In this document: piece after piece, positions 8,584-18,470 of the stretch | Position numbering within the stretch: the stretch's first letter is position 1 | Layout of the letters: every line of letters starts with the position of its first letter | DNA from: Promethearchaeota archaeon | GTDB lineage: Archaea; Asgardarchaeota; Lokiarchaeia; Sigyniarchaeales; SOKP01 | NCBI GenBank assembly: GCA_016840165.1 | Contig: JAEOSU010000027.1 | Span: 1 to 64,000 of the forward strand | Length of the DNA: 64,000 nucleotides | Direction of reading: 5' to 3' | The notes under the pieces: generated by a model | What the model saw: only the letters and a program-made list of their open reading frames with translations | What the model was told of the DNA's origin: nothing | Database searches by the model: none | Made by a program: the position numbers and the translations under genes

Positions 8584-9324
8584 TTATGTTTCAAAACTCA
8601 GCCATTTAAGAATATTTTCTAAAAACTTTATATTATCTCCCGCATCCAGGCCAAAATCTGAATCTTCAAGTAAGAAATCAGAAGATCCGACCGTAACACA
8701 TCTTCCGCTGAAAAATTCAGAAACAACACAAATTGGAACCGACCCTATCGCCCCGGTGTCATCATCCATATAGTATTTGAACTCTGCTTTTTCTGAAGTC
8801 AAAATGATATCTTCAACATCCTCTTCAGTAATAGTGAAGAATGTACAATTTGGGAGGACTAATTCAGTGATACCCTCAGTTATAGGATGGTTAAATAGTT
8901 CATTTACTAGAATATTATCTCTATTAACTAAAAAATTTGATGAAGATTCTTGAATTATCCCATTCCAGAATCTGCGAACTCCGGTAATTTTATATAACAC
9001 TCGAATTGATCCCATTTTCATTGGGATATCCCTATCACCGCCATCACCACTAGTAAAGAAAAGTGAACCGCCTTCGCCAACATATTTCTTGATAGCTTTT
9101 AATTCATCAACTGTAAATTTATCTTCTTTACGATCTTTACTTTGCTGAATATTGCCAATGAAGAGAATATCATAATCCTCAAGAATATCAAAGTCAATAG
9201 GACCTTCATTCTTATCTATGTAATCGATGTCGTAATCTTCTTCATCAAGTACAAACTCCGGAAATTCTTCTATTTTTTCTCTATGAGTGAGATCGACTAA
9301 AATAGAATAACTCATGTTTAACAC
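8584..9324 (-). CDS. Stand-alone GIFT (GldG/IFT52, class I GATase-like fold) domain protein
   Basis: KFTVDELKAIKKYVGEGGSLFFTSGDGG, HPITEG and GRCVTVGSS...DNIKFLENILKWL. No signal peptide. Confidence 0.7.
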   Translation of the reverse strand: MLNMSYSILVDLTHREKIEEFPEFVLDEEDYDIDYIDKNEGPIDFDILEDYDILFIGNIQQSKDRKEDKFTVDELKAIKKYVGEGGSLFFTSGDGGDRDIPMKMGSIRVLYKITGVRRFWNGIIQESSSNFLVNRDNILVNELFNHPITEGITELVLPNCTFFTITEEDVEDIILTSEKAEFKYYMDDDTGAIGSVPICVVSEFFSGRCVTVGSSDFLLEDSDFGLDAGDNIKFLENILKWLSFET

Positions 9325-9528
9325 ACTCCATGTATTATTGATTGAGTATATATAGGCTGGTTTAAATGCTTAATCTAAGTTTCTTGCGTTTTAATTCTTA
9401 CATATTATATGTAATAGATTTTTATAAAGCTTTCTAAATTGTAGCATTTAAACTTTACCCCTATTTAATATTATTAATTTCGTAAAGATAACCAGATAGA
9501 TTAAATATATAAAAAGAGAGGAGATCAA

Positions 9529-10224
9529 TTATTCTTTAATAGGTATGAAGACTCTTTCTGCAGGGGCATCCTTTTTTACAACTGCTATGTCAATTCCATT
9601 GCCGCTTGCCATATCTCTGATGATAGATGATGTTACGGCTTTCATAACAATTTCTTTACCTTCAGCAACCGACAAATTATCTTTAAATTTTGCCTCTAGA
9701 ACACCATATGAGAAATTTTGACCACTTCCAATAGCACAGAATTTATCGGGTAAAATTGAGCCATATGCCCCAATATTCAAGAGGGCTGGCCCTTCTTCCT
9801 CGGTTACTCCCCCTAAAATAAGTCCAACTTGATAAGGAAACATTTTATTTTGATAGAGAATATTACTCAGTAGCTTTCCCGCAGATTTAACTTTAATAGG
9901 CTTTCCTTCTTTATATTGATATAGGTTTGTTTCTGCCTTCAAAACGTCAATTAAATATTGGGCATCAGCAACCCCCCCAGCAATGGTCATATAAAGATGT
10001 TCTTGAATTTTATGGAGTTTTTCGGCAGTTTTACTTGATACAAAATAGGCCATCGATGCTCGCTTATCTGTTCCCAGAATTACAGCATCTTTACATATTA
10101 AACCGACAGTGGTCGTTCCTGTTTTTAATGTATTGGAATCTGAATTTTGTGCATTATAAAGCCGGTTTTCATTATTACGGGAGAAATTTGAATTCATTGG
10201 TTTTAATAAATCTTCGTTTCTCAT
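9529..10224 (-). CDS. psmB: Proteasome beta subunit
   Basis: Propeptide followed by LKTG|TTTVG (catalytic Thr1), DKRAS, AGGVADAQ, GSG and RDMASG. Confidence 0.96.
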   Translation of the reverse strand: MRNEDLLKPMNSNFSRNNENRLYNAQNSDSNTLKTGTTTVGLICKDAVILGTDKRASMAYFVSSKTAEKLHKIQEHLYMTIAGGVADAQYLIDVLKAETNLYQYKEGKPIKVKSAGKLLSNILYQNKMFPYQVGLILGGVTEEEGPALLNIGAYGSILPDKFCAIGSGQNFSYGVLEAKFKDNLSVAEGKEIVMKAVTSSIIRDMASGNGIDIAVVKKDAPAERVFIPIKE

Positions 10225-10308
10225 ACATAACTAATAATTTGATACTTTAAGAATTTTCTGTTAATTTCTTATAAACATAGGAGAAGCAATAGCTTTAATA
10301 TCTTCTAC

Positions 10309-10731
10309 TTAATCGATGATTCGTGATATTCTTGAAAGAGGATGTCCTTTTGCCTTAAGTTCAATTTCATTAAACCATCCAAAAGGGGGTCTAAGTGTGC
10401 TGTATCCTTTTTCCTTCAGATTCATTTCAAGATCCCTTAATGAATTAAAACTATATTCTGGAGTGCTTAATTTTCCAAAAAGGTGAGCAAAGGAAAGGAT
10501 TACAATATTTGTAATTTTAAGCTGATTTGTTATTTTTTCGATTTCGATTAATGCATCTGATATCAAGCTAGAATTATTTTCATCTCTCTTTTCAACGGTA
10601 ATAAACAATACTAAGCAATTTTCAAGTTCTCCAATTCGATTATTATCGGATAAATCTTCTATAAGCTTCGAGCGGCTTTTCTTCTGCACTTCATATCTAA
10701 AAAAAGAACAATGAAAGGATAAAAATCTCAT
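10309..10731 (-). CDS. Free-standing archaeal threonyl-tRNA synthetase editing domain
   Basis: MRFLSFH, FITVEKRD, FAHL and PFGWF...KGHPLS. Confidence 0.85.
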   Translation of the reverse strand: MRFLSFHCSFFRYEVQKKSRSKLIEDLSDNNRIGELENCLVLFITVEKRDENNSSLISDALIEIEKITNQLKITNIVILSFAHLFGKLSTPEYSFNSLRDLEMNLKEKGYSTLRPPFGWFNEIELKAKGHPLSRISRIID

Positions 10732-10797
10732 AAATATTGTCTAGAATAGAATTAATATATACCTTATAGTAGTGAACATAAAAAAAGTTTGAGGAAA

Positions 10798-12015
10798 TTA
10801 TAATTTTAGAATCTCGTCAATTTGACCTTTCCAAGCTCCATCTAAAATAGTTTTTAAAATCGAGTCTCGATCATCTGCGGGTATGGGGCGCGGCATATTA
10901 TCCAATTTCATTTGGTTTTGGGAAGCATCTTTAATCGCTTTAGAAATAAAATCCTCTGGGAAATCTTGATAATCAGATATTTTAGTTGGTTGACCGATAG
11001 TTGCATAAAAATTAAATAGACCTTCCACTATGGATTTAGTTAGATTACTTGTGCTTTTTATGTTCATAAGCTCTGCAATAACTTCTAATTTTTCAGAAAC
11101 CTTTTTACCATAATAAGCAACATAATAAGGAAGCATTAGAGCGGTTGCTTCGCCATGATCCATAATTGAGAACCATGAAAAGGAGTTCATATGCGGCCCT
11201 CCAGTGGATTTAAAAACAATAACAGTACCACCTAATACACACGCAAGAGACATCATCTTCCGCGCTTCGAGATCCTTACCATTATTAACTGCTTTTGGTA
11301 AATAATTAAAAACTAGCCTCATTCCTTCAATTGCTCTTTCATTAGCTTTTGGATCCACATTATCATGGACCATATTAAGATAACCTTCCATTAAATGAGT
11401 AAGTGTATCTAATCCAACTATTCTTGTAAGTTTAGGAGGACATGATATGGTCAATTCAGGATCAACAATAGCTCTCTTGGGAATGATTGAAGGATCAGAA
11501 ATTAATTTTTTAACGCCAACTACCAAATCAGAAACATTACTATATTTTGTAACTTCTGCTGAAGTACCTGAAGTTGTAGGAATTGGAAGCAAGGGCATCA
11601 AAGCACCATCTAATTTCTTTTCAATATTATTAACTCCAAAATAAGGGCGAATGTCATCAGATTTGAGTGTTACCAGTATGTTTGCCGCTTTTGCAGCGTC
11701 TATTACAGATCCACCACCCAAAGCAATGAATCCATCAGAGTGTGATTGAAGTGCCTTTAAGGCAATCCGGTAAATGGTTCCAACAGATGGATTCGGCTCC
11801 ACACCTCTAATAATATCATAATTGATTCCATTTTTATCTAAAGCATTAATTAATGTGGATAAATAACCAAATTTTTCAACAGAACCTCCACCGATACAAA
11901 TTAATGCGTTTTTCATTCCCATATCGTTTGAGAGAGAACCAGCTTTATTTAAAGTCCCCTCACCAAATGTAACATCCGTTAATTTCCAATTTTTTACAAT
12001 ACTTTCTGCACTCAT
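10798..12015 (-). CDS. Iron-containing alcohol dehydrogenase
   Basis: GVEPNP, LGGGSVIDAAK, PTTSGTSAE, DTLTH..E, and His ligands in GPH...HG. Confidence 0.92.
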   Translation of the reverse strand: MSAESIVKNWKLTDVTFGEGTLNKAGSLSNDMGMKNALICIGGGSVEKFGYLSTLINALDKNGINYDIIRGVEPNPSVGTIYRIALKALQSHSDGFIALGGGSVIDAAKAANILVTLKSDDIRPYFGVNNIEKKLDGALMPLLPIPTTSGTSAEVTKYSNVSDLVVGVKKLISDPSIIPKRAIVDPELTISCPPKLTRIVGLDTLTHLMEGYLNMVHDNVDPKANERAIEGMRLVFNYLPKAVNNGKDLEARKMMSLACVLGGTVIVFKSTGGPHMNSFSWFSIMDHGEATALMLPYYVAYYGKKVSEKLEVIAELMNIKSTSNLTKSIVEGLFNFYATIGQPTKISDYQDFPEDFISKAIKDASQNQMKLDNMPRPIPADDRDSILKTILDGAWKGQIDEILKL

Positions 12016-12062
12016 TAATGAATCACTCCAAAATTACACAATTTTATTTAATTTTAAAATGT

Positions 12063-13148
12063 TTATAATATTTTAGATGTTAAATAATCTAATTCTTTTC
12101 CACGACTATTTTTTAATATAGATAATGATTCTGAAACTGTTTTATGTTTATGAATAATCTCAGAGACAGCTAAAGCAACTGCTAATGGATCATCATCTCC
12201 AGGATATAAAATATTTCGCCCTGCTAAACAACCTCTTATATTTTGCCCAGCTAACATACCTTCTTGAAATATATTCAATATTGATACCGGATTCCCCGTA
12301 CTCTCACCTCCTAACATGAGGATTGGATTTGAAGTGCTGAGTGCTACTTGGTCATAGTTATTAGTATAGGGAAGTTTAAGCCACATATTTGCTGAACTTC
12401 CACCTAATGCAGTTGCAACTCCAACAGCTTTTACAATTTCTTTCATTTCCTGTTTCAATTTATAATTACCATTCTGGTCGAGGAATACGGGAAGAGGTTC
12501 AATAAATATCGGGAGATTAACTTTATTGCATTCTCGTATCACCTTAACGCAGATTTCTAACGTTTTTTGCGTATATTTCGCCATTTTCGTCTGAAGGTCT
12601 AATCGTAACATAATCTTGGCACCATCTAATCCTAGATTTACAATATCTTGAATATCATATGCCGTTATAGGATCATACATCTCATAAGGAGAACCAGAAA
12701 GACCTCCACGATTTACACTTCCTAAGAGGATTTTATTGTCAATAAAGCTTTTAGCATCGACTTTTTTTAAGAAATGATCTATAATAAGGAGATCATCGAT
12801 AATGTCAGGGGTCGCCATAATCCCATCAATTTGATCAAGCATAATAATACGAAGAATACGTCCTAAATATTCATATCTATTTGCCATAGCTATTTGATTT
12901 GACCCTACTTTAGTGACATTTCTTGCGGGATGATCTGCAGCTATAATGACCAGATTAGACTCCCATGGCGATTCTTTTTTAATTCTATTTTTACACCCTT
13001 CTCTAATTATTTGACTAGCTCCATGAATCTTAACATCAGTTATTTTAAAAAATAGATTTTTAGGAAAAAATTCTTCAATTTTAAATTTATAAGATCCTAA
13101 ATCATAGCTTTCCGATTTTCCCATATTCTTTACCCAATTTTTTTTCAA
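12063..13148 (-). CDS. Class I aldolase, Cgl0159-like TIM barrel (probable true start ATG at 13124)
   Basis: IIAADHPAR, GS.NRGGL.G, FIEPL, WLKLPY, LMLGG and GRN.LYP. Confidence 0.8.
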   Translation of the reverse strand: MKKNWVKNMGKSESYDLGSYKFKIEEFFPKNLFFKITDVKIHGASQIIREGCKNRIKKESPWESNLVIIAADHPARNVTKVGSNQIAMANRYEYLGRILRIIMLDQIDGIMATPDIIDDLLIIDHFLKKVDAKSFIDNKILLGSVNRGGLSGSPYEMYDPITAYDIQDIVNLGLDGAKIMLRLDLQTKMAKYTQKTLEICVKVIRECNKVNLPIFIEPLPVFLDQNGNYKLKQEMKEIVKAVGVATALGGSSANMWLKLPYTNNYDQVALSTSNPILMLGGESTGNPVSILNIFQEGMLAGQNIRGCLAGRNILYPGDDDPLAVALAVSEIIHKHKTVSESLSILKNSRGKELDYLTSKIL

Positions 13149-13160
13149 TTAATAGTATTA

Positions 13161-13499
13161 TTACTTATCTACTTTAACTTTATCAATAGAATCTATATTC
13201 CACATAGAAGTAGCAAGATCGATTTTAAATTTATCACAAAATTTTACTCCCTCTTTCTCTAATAGTAATTTCTGTTGTTCCTTTTCCATTTCAGCCTTCA
13301 AGGCGATGAGTCCTTTGGAATTTATTACTCGATGCCATGGTAAATTATGTTTTTTGGTAGAGGAATGAAGAATCCATGAAACTTGCCTAGCTGCCTGAGG
13401 ATTACCAGCTAATTTGGCTATGCGCCCATAAGTAAGCACTTTCCCCTTAGGGATGCTTTGAATCAATTTAATAACTTTCTCGGTAAATTGTGTTACCAT
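13161..13499 (-). CDS. Alkyltransferase-like (ATL/YbaZ) DNA damage recognition protein
   Basis: IPKGKVLTYG and PWHRV (Trp replaces the catalytic Cys of MGMT PCHRV). Confidence 0.9.
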   Translation of the reverse strand: MVTQFTEKVIKLIQSIPKGKVLTYGRIAKLAGNPQAARQVSWILHSSTKKHNLPWHRVINSKGLIALKAEMEKEQQKLLLEKEGVKFCDKFKIDLATSMWNIDSIDKVKVDK

Positions 13500-13613
13500 T
13501 CCCCTTCACTTTATACTCAATTTATCTTTACTCATAAACCTATTTTCTTACTAAATAAAAAAAATATCATCCAAAAATTTTTTATTAAAGATAAAATCAT
13601 ATATTTAAGCATC

Positions 13614-14228
13614 ATGAGTCTAAGGTTCAATGATTTTTTTACAAGAATATTTAGCTCCATACCAGGACAATTTTTTGGGATACTTTCAACTCTTATTGGA
13701 TTATCGGGGGATATTATAGCGATCATTTATAATTCAGAATATAATCTTAATCTAATGATAAGCACTTTAGGTACGGGACCCGGAGGGTTTTTCTTTAATT
13801 TTGGAACAATACTTTCAGGGATACTTGCCATACCCTTTTACTTTTATTTAGAAAGAGCACTTTTCAAGGAAAATTTAAACAAAAAGGTGTTAAAAATAGC
13901 GTTGATTAGCGCTTTAATATCATGCATTTTTTTTATAGCTATAGGTCTATTTCCATCATTTGATAATAACATTTTCTTTATGTATGCTCATGGAATATCG
14001 GTATTCCTTTGTTTTATAAGTGGAGCTATATATTTTGTTTTATTTAGTTATTTATTTAGAATCAGTTCTATATTTCCTAAGACTATTGTTTATATTGGAT
14101 ATGTTCAAATAGCACTAATTATCCTATTTTTATTTACCTGGAATCCATTAATAGAATGGTTGATGACTTTTGGTATTATTTTATGGATTTTATTTTTATC
14201 ATTCTATATGAGTTATAAAAATCTATAA
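13614..14228 (+). CDS. DUF998-like membrane protein
   Basis: ISTLG...FFFN, GLFP and multiple TM helices. Start moved to the ATG at 13614 because the ORF-track start overlaps the upstream gene. Confidence 0.65.
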   Translation: MSLRFNDFFTRIFSSIPGQFFGILSTLIGLSGDIIAIIYNSEYNLNLMISTLGTGPGGFFFNFGTILSGILAIPFYFYLERALFKENLNKKVLKIALISALISCIFFIAIGLFPSFDNNIFFMYAHGISVFLCFISGAIYFVLFSYLFRISSIFPKTIVYIGYVQIALIILFLFTWNPLIEWLMTFGIILWILFLSFYMSYKNL

Positions 14229-14273
14229 GCTGTTTAAAATACTTTTAAAGCTATTTAACATAAATCTACCTTA

Positions 14274-15212
14274 ATGAGTGAAATAATTGGATTTATCCTC
14301 ACGATTGATGCCATCTTCACATGGGCAATAGCTTCATTAGTATACAAATGGGGATTAGGTAGAACACAACCAAAAGCGAATATATTCTTTCGATTATGCT
14401 GTGTTAGTTTGAGCACATTTATTATTGCTTTATTTTTTGGAAATATCCTTTTTTTAAGCAATCTGGATTCTACTGGTATAATGTTATTTTTATTAACTTC
14501 TATTATTTCAGGCTTAAGTGTAACCATTGGAGACTTATTTTATTATAAATCATTGAAAAAGATTGATGCCTCTCGAGCATATCCTCTCACTCAATTATCA
14601 TTAATATTTGTATATCCCTTTTCCTTCATCATTTTTCAAGAGGTAGTCACACCTTCGATATTGTTAGGAGGACTTTTAATCTTATCAAGTGTTTTCATAT
14701 TAAGCACTAAGGATAAAGCAGAAAAAGCTTCTAATTTGAAAAGAAGTTTAAAAGACAGAATATCAGAAGATTTAATCATCGGAGTATTGTTTGCGATTGC
14801 AACAGCATTTTTCTGGGCTATATCATATGTTTCTTTTAATCAAGTCAGAGAATTAACAGGGGATATATTTTATGCTAATTTCATTCGAATTTTTTTCGCT
14901 ACGATTACCATCGCGATATTAGGATTATTTCAGAAGGATTATTATTATGGATTCCGAAAAGAGAATCGGAAATATATTAAGTATTTTTTATCAATCGGAA
15001 TAGCTGGATGTTTATCTTTAGGATTAGCAGATGCATTATTTATCAAAGCCGCAGAAATTAACACATTAGTTTTAACCTCTACGATTACAGCTAATACACC
15101 AATGGTTCAACAGATCTTTTCAATTATCTTCTTAAAAGAAAAATTTCGGAAAAGATTTTTACTTGCGGTCGGATTAATTATTGTAGGCAATTATATCATA
15201 ATTTTTCTCTAA
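14274..15212 (+). CDS. DMT/EamA family transporter
   Basis: About 10 TM helices in two repeats, IGDLFYYKSLKKIDASRAYP and FLKEK. Confidence 0.88.
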   Translation: MSEIIGFILTIDAIFTWAIASLVYKWGLGRTQPKANIFFRLCCVSLSTFIIALFFGNILFLSNLDSTGIMLFLLTSIISGLSVTIGDLFYYKSLKKIDASRAYPLTQLSLIFVYPFSFIIFQEVVTPSILLGGLLILSSVFILSTKDKAEKASNLKRSLKDRISEDLIIGVLFAIATAFFWAISYVSFNQVRELTGDIFYANFIRIFFATITIAILGLFQKDYYYGFRKENRKYIKYFLSIGIAGCLSLGLADALFIKAAEINTLVLTSTITANTPMVQQIFSIIFLKEKFRKRFLLAVGLIIVGNYIIIFL

Positions 15213-15228
15213 AGAATACTAATCTCAT

Positions 15229-16251
15229 ATGTTGAAATTAGAAATTATATTACTTACTAATAATGTAGTATTACCTTTTCAGAATCTTCAACGTGATTAC
15301 AATTTAGATTTTCTTGAATTAAATAAACTATTTGCCAGTAAATCATTAGCAGAGCATGGTTTGGGTTTCCTAATAAACGTTTATGAAGTAGATAACGATA
15401 ATAGTCCCTTAAATTTAGAGTTAATAAAACAGATTATCTTTGATACAGGAGGCACTAATCAAACTTTTCTCCATAACTTAGACATAAGGGGATATCCCTT
15501 ATACGATACAGATATGATTGTTCTTTCCCATTGGCATTATGATCACTCTGGAGGTCTTTATAACATACTCGAGAGAATCGATATTCCTGTTAAAATTTTA
15601 TGTCATAAAGATGCTGCTTATGAGCGCTTTTTCAATAGATCTACTGAGATTAATCCTGAAGATCTCTTAAAAAAGAAACGAAGTGATATAAAAGAATATT
15701 TAAATTCCTCGAAAATAGTAAATCAGCTACCAATAGAAGTTGATAGAATTAAGAAATTAGAAGGAAAGCTAGTAATGCATGACAATTTGGAAAATATATT
15801 TACGAGCAATAATCTAAAAGTGATGGTGAGTGGTGAGATAAGAAGGACACATAAGGAAGAGGAATTCTCTAATTTCTTAATAAACAGAAATGAACTTCTT
15901 ATGAAAGATGAGATTTTGGATGATAAATGCTTAATTATTGAATCTGAAAATTCAATTATTTTATTAAATGGATGCTGTCATTCGGGAATAATGAACACAT
16001 TAGATTATGTTAAAGATATTTCAGATAAACCAATTAGTCATATAATAGGGGGCTTTCATATGGCAAATAGTAGTAGAGAAAGATTTAGCTCGACATTAAA
16101 TTATTTGAGTAATTATCAAAAAGAAAAGCTCATTTTGTTTCCTATTCATTGCTCTGGAGAAAGATTTATCGAGAGTATCAATACTTATAAAAATCCAACT
16201 GTTAAAGCATTTAATGCTAGTGTTGGTACAATTTTTAATTTCTCCTTTTAA
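15229..16251 (+). CDS. MBL-fold metallohydrolase (MJ0301-like, pterin-linked family)
   Basis: AEHGLG, FDTG, SHWHYDHSGG, GCCHSG, GGFH and HCSG. Confidence 0.85.
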   Translation: MLKLEIILLTNNVVLPFQNLQRDYNLDFLELNKLFASKSLAEHGLGFLINVYEVDNDNSPLNLELIKQIIFDTGGTNQTFLHNLDIRGYPLYDTDMIVLSHWHYDHSGGLYNILERIDIPVKILCHKDAAYERFFNRSTEINPEDLLKKKRSDIKEYLNSSKIVNQLPIEVDRIKKLEGKLVMHDNLENIFTSNNLKVMVSGEIRRTHKEEEFSNFLINRNELLMKDEILDDKCLIIESENSIILLNGCCHSGIMNTLDYVKDISDKPISHIIGGFHMANSSRERFSSTLNYLSNYQKEKLILFPIHCSGERFIESINTYKNPTVKAFNASVGTIFNFSF

Positions 16252-16355
16252 TTCGTTTCTTTTAAAGGGTCTTAAAAATAGTATTAATCTTTAAATTGTA
16301 GGTTTTAATATATTAAATTAAGATTTATGTAAATAATTTAAAAATTGAAATTAAA

Positions 16356-17468
16356 ATGCCAGAAATACACTTTAATAAAAAGAAAGGATCTCAATTAAAA
16401 CTTTTTACTCCTGGTCCAGTTTACGTTCCGAAAAGAATATTAGACGAAATGAGTAAACCAAATGATACACACCGATCATTAGCTTATAGAGAAATGCATC
16501 AGCTTGTAGAAGAGGGACTTAAAAAATTACTCTATACCTCAAATGAATGTTTAATTTTTACCTCAAGTGCTACTGGAATAATGGAGGCTTGTGTAAGAAA
16601 CTTGTTAAAAAATGATGAAAAAGGATTATTTTTATCCATCGGTGCTTTTGGTGACAGATGGCACCAAATTGGTGTTACTAATGGAAAGATTTCTATTAAA
16701 GAAGGTGTGGAATGGGGAAACGCCATTAAGGCAGATCTTGTTAATGAACTTTTTACTAAGGATCAATATGATGTAGTATTTGTTCAAGCTAATGAAACCT
16801 CTACTGGTGTATATAATCCATTAGAAGAAATTGTGCCAATAATGAAAGATCATAATGCATTAGTCTGTGTGGATGCGACCTCATCAATGGCAGGGATTAA
16901 AGTAGAAGTAGACAAATTGGGAATTGATGTATGTTTAGCTTCGGTGCAAAAATGCTTTACTATACCACCTGGGCTTGCAGTTTGTTCAATTTCTCAAGCT
17001 GCTATCGATAAAGCAAAAGAAGTGAACAATCGTGGTTATTATTTTGACTTTCTCGAGTTGCTTAAGAAAAATAAAGTCCATGAGACCCCTAATACTCCAC
17101 CTATTCCACAAATACGAGCATTAGCTGCTCAGTTGGATTATATTTTAAATCAAGAGGGTTTAGAAAACAGATTTAAACGACATACTCAATTAGGAGAGTT
17201 TACAAGGAAATGGGCAGTGGAACGTGGATTTGAAATGTTTCCAGAAAAGGGTTATGAATCCAATACTGTCTCTACCATTAAAAATAATATCGAAATCGAT
17301 ATCAGTAAAATGGTTTCCACATTGATGGATAGAGGATATAAAATCGTTAATGGGTATGGTGACCTTAAAAACAAGACATTCCGAATCGGTCATATGGGAG
17401 AGATCACTCTAAAGGAGTTAAAAGAAATGTTGGAAGTCCTAACAGGTATTATTTCAAGTATGAAATAG
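16356..17468 (+). CDS. Class V PLP aminotransferase (phosphoserine / serine-pyruvate type)
   Basis: FTPGP, NETSTG, VDATSS, SVQKC..PPGL and FRIGHMG. Upstream of serA. Confidence 0.9.
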   Translation: MPEIHFNKKKGSQLKLFTPGPVYVPKRILDEMSKPNDTHRSLAYREMHQLVEEGLKKLLYTSNECLIFTSSATGIMEACVRNLLKNDEKGLFLSIGAFGDRWHQIGVTNGKISIKEGVEWGNAIKADLVNELFTKDQYDVVFVQANETSTGVYNPLEEIVPIMKDHNALVCVDATSSMAGIKVEVDKLGIDVCLASVQKCFTIPPGLAVCSISQAAIDKAKEVNNRGYYFDFLELLKKNKVHETPNTPPIPQIRALAAQLDYILNQEGLENRFKRHTQLGEFTRKWAVERGFEMFPEKGYESNTVSTIKNNIEIDISKMVSTLMDRGYKIVNGYGDLKNKTFRIGHMGEITLKELKEMLEVLTGIISSMK

Positions 17469-17534
17469 TGAAAAATTAAATTTAACTAACTACTAAATTA
17501 TTTTATCTAAATAAATAAAAATTGGAGATTAACA

Positions 17535-18464
17535 ATGAAAATATTAATAAGCGACAAGCTTCAAGAAGAAGGAATTAAAATATTTGAAGAGAACGGTTTT
17601 GAAGTTGACAGGAAGTTTACAATAACTAATGATGAATTGAAAGAGCAAATTAAACAGTATGATGGGATAGTTGTTCGTTCAAGAACAAAAATTACCGCCG
17701 AGGTTTTAAGTCAAGCAACAAATTTAAAAGCAATAGGGAGAGCTGGTGTTGGGTTAGATAATATTGATCGTGAGAAAGCTTCAGAAATGGGTATAGAAGT
17801 GCTAAATACTCCCGAAGCACCATCAATCACTGTAGCAGAATTTGCTTTAGGAATGATGTTTTCTCTCGCACGATATATTTCAGTTGCAGATAGAACAATG
17901 CATAAGGGAGAGTGGAATAAAAGCCAATATTTAGGATATACTCTTTATGGGAAGAAGCTAGGTTTAATTGGGTTTGGTAATATTGCGAAACAATTAGCAA
18001 CCAGAGCTATGGCCTTAGGTATGGAAGTAGGCGTTTATTCGCGATTTAGTGCTGGTCCTAAAGCAGTTCAAGAGGCAAAAGATATGGGATGTCAAGTGTA
18101 TCCCTCCGTTGAAGAGCTACTAAAAGATGCGGATATTATATCTTTACATTTACCAGCAACTCCACAGACAGAAAATATTATCAATGAAAGTACGCTTAAA
18201 ATGATGAAGAATAATGCAATTTTGATTAATACTGCAAGAGGTCAGCTTATTGACGAGGAGGCTTTAATTACGGCTTTAAAAGAAGAAAAAATAGGTGGCG
18301 CCGCTCTTGATGTTTATAGAAAGGAACCAGTTGATAATGACAATTTATGGAAATTGGAAAAAAACCTTATATTAACACCCCATATAGCAAGTCAATCCAA
18401 AGAAAACCAAGTTGCGGCTGCAACGATGATCGCAGAAAAAATGGTCAAGTTTCTTAAGAAATAA
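17535..18464 (+). CDS. serA: D-3-phosphoglycerate dehydrogenase (short form, no ACT domain)
   Basis: RAGVGLDNID, GFGNIA, INTARG, ALDVY..EP and TPHIA. Confidence 0.82.
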   Translation: MKILISDKLQEEGIKIFEENGFEVDRKFTITNDELKEQIKQYDGIVVRSRTKITAEVLSQATNLKAIGRAGVGLDNIDREKASEMGIEVLNTPEAPSITVAEFALGMMFSLARYISVADRTMHKGEWNKSQYLGYTLYGKKLGLIGFGNIAKQLATRAMALGMEVGVYSRFSAGPKAVQEAKDMGCQVYPSVEELLKDADIISLHLPATPQTENIINESTLKMMKNNAILINTARGQLIDEEALITALKEEKIGGAALDVYRKEPVDNDNLWKLEKNLILTPHIASQSKENQVAAATMIAEKMVKFLKK

Positions 18465-18470
18465 GAGATT

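Noticed and set aside
13161-13499. Active O6-methylguanine methyltransferase (ogt)
   Set aside because: The active-site Cys is replaced by Trp (PWHRV), so it is an ATL protein.
13458-13613. N-terminal 52 codons of the ORF-track call 13458-14228
   Set aside because: Overlaps the divergent ATL gene and promoter-like AT-rich DNA. The ATG at 13614 is more plausible.
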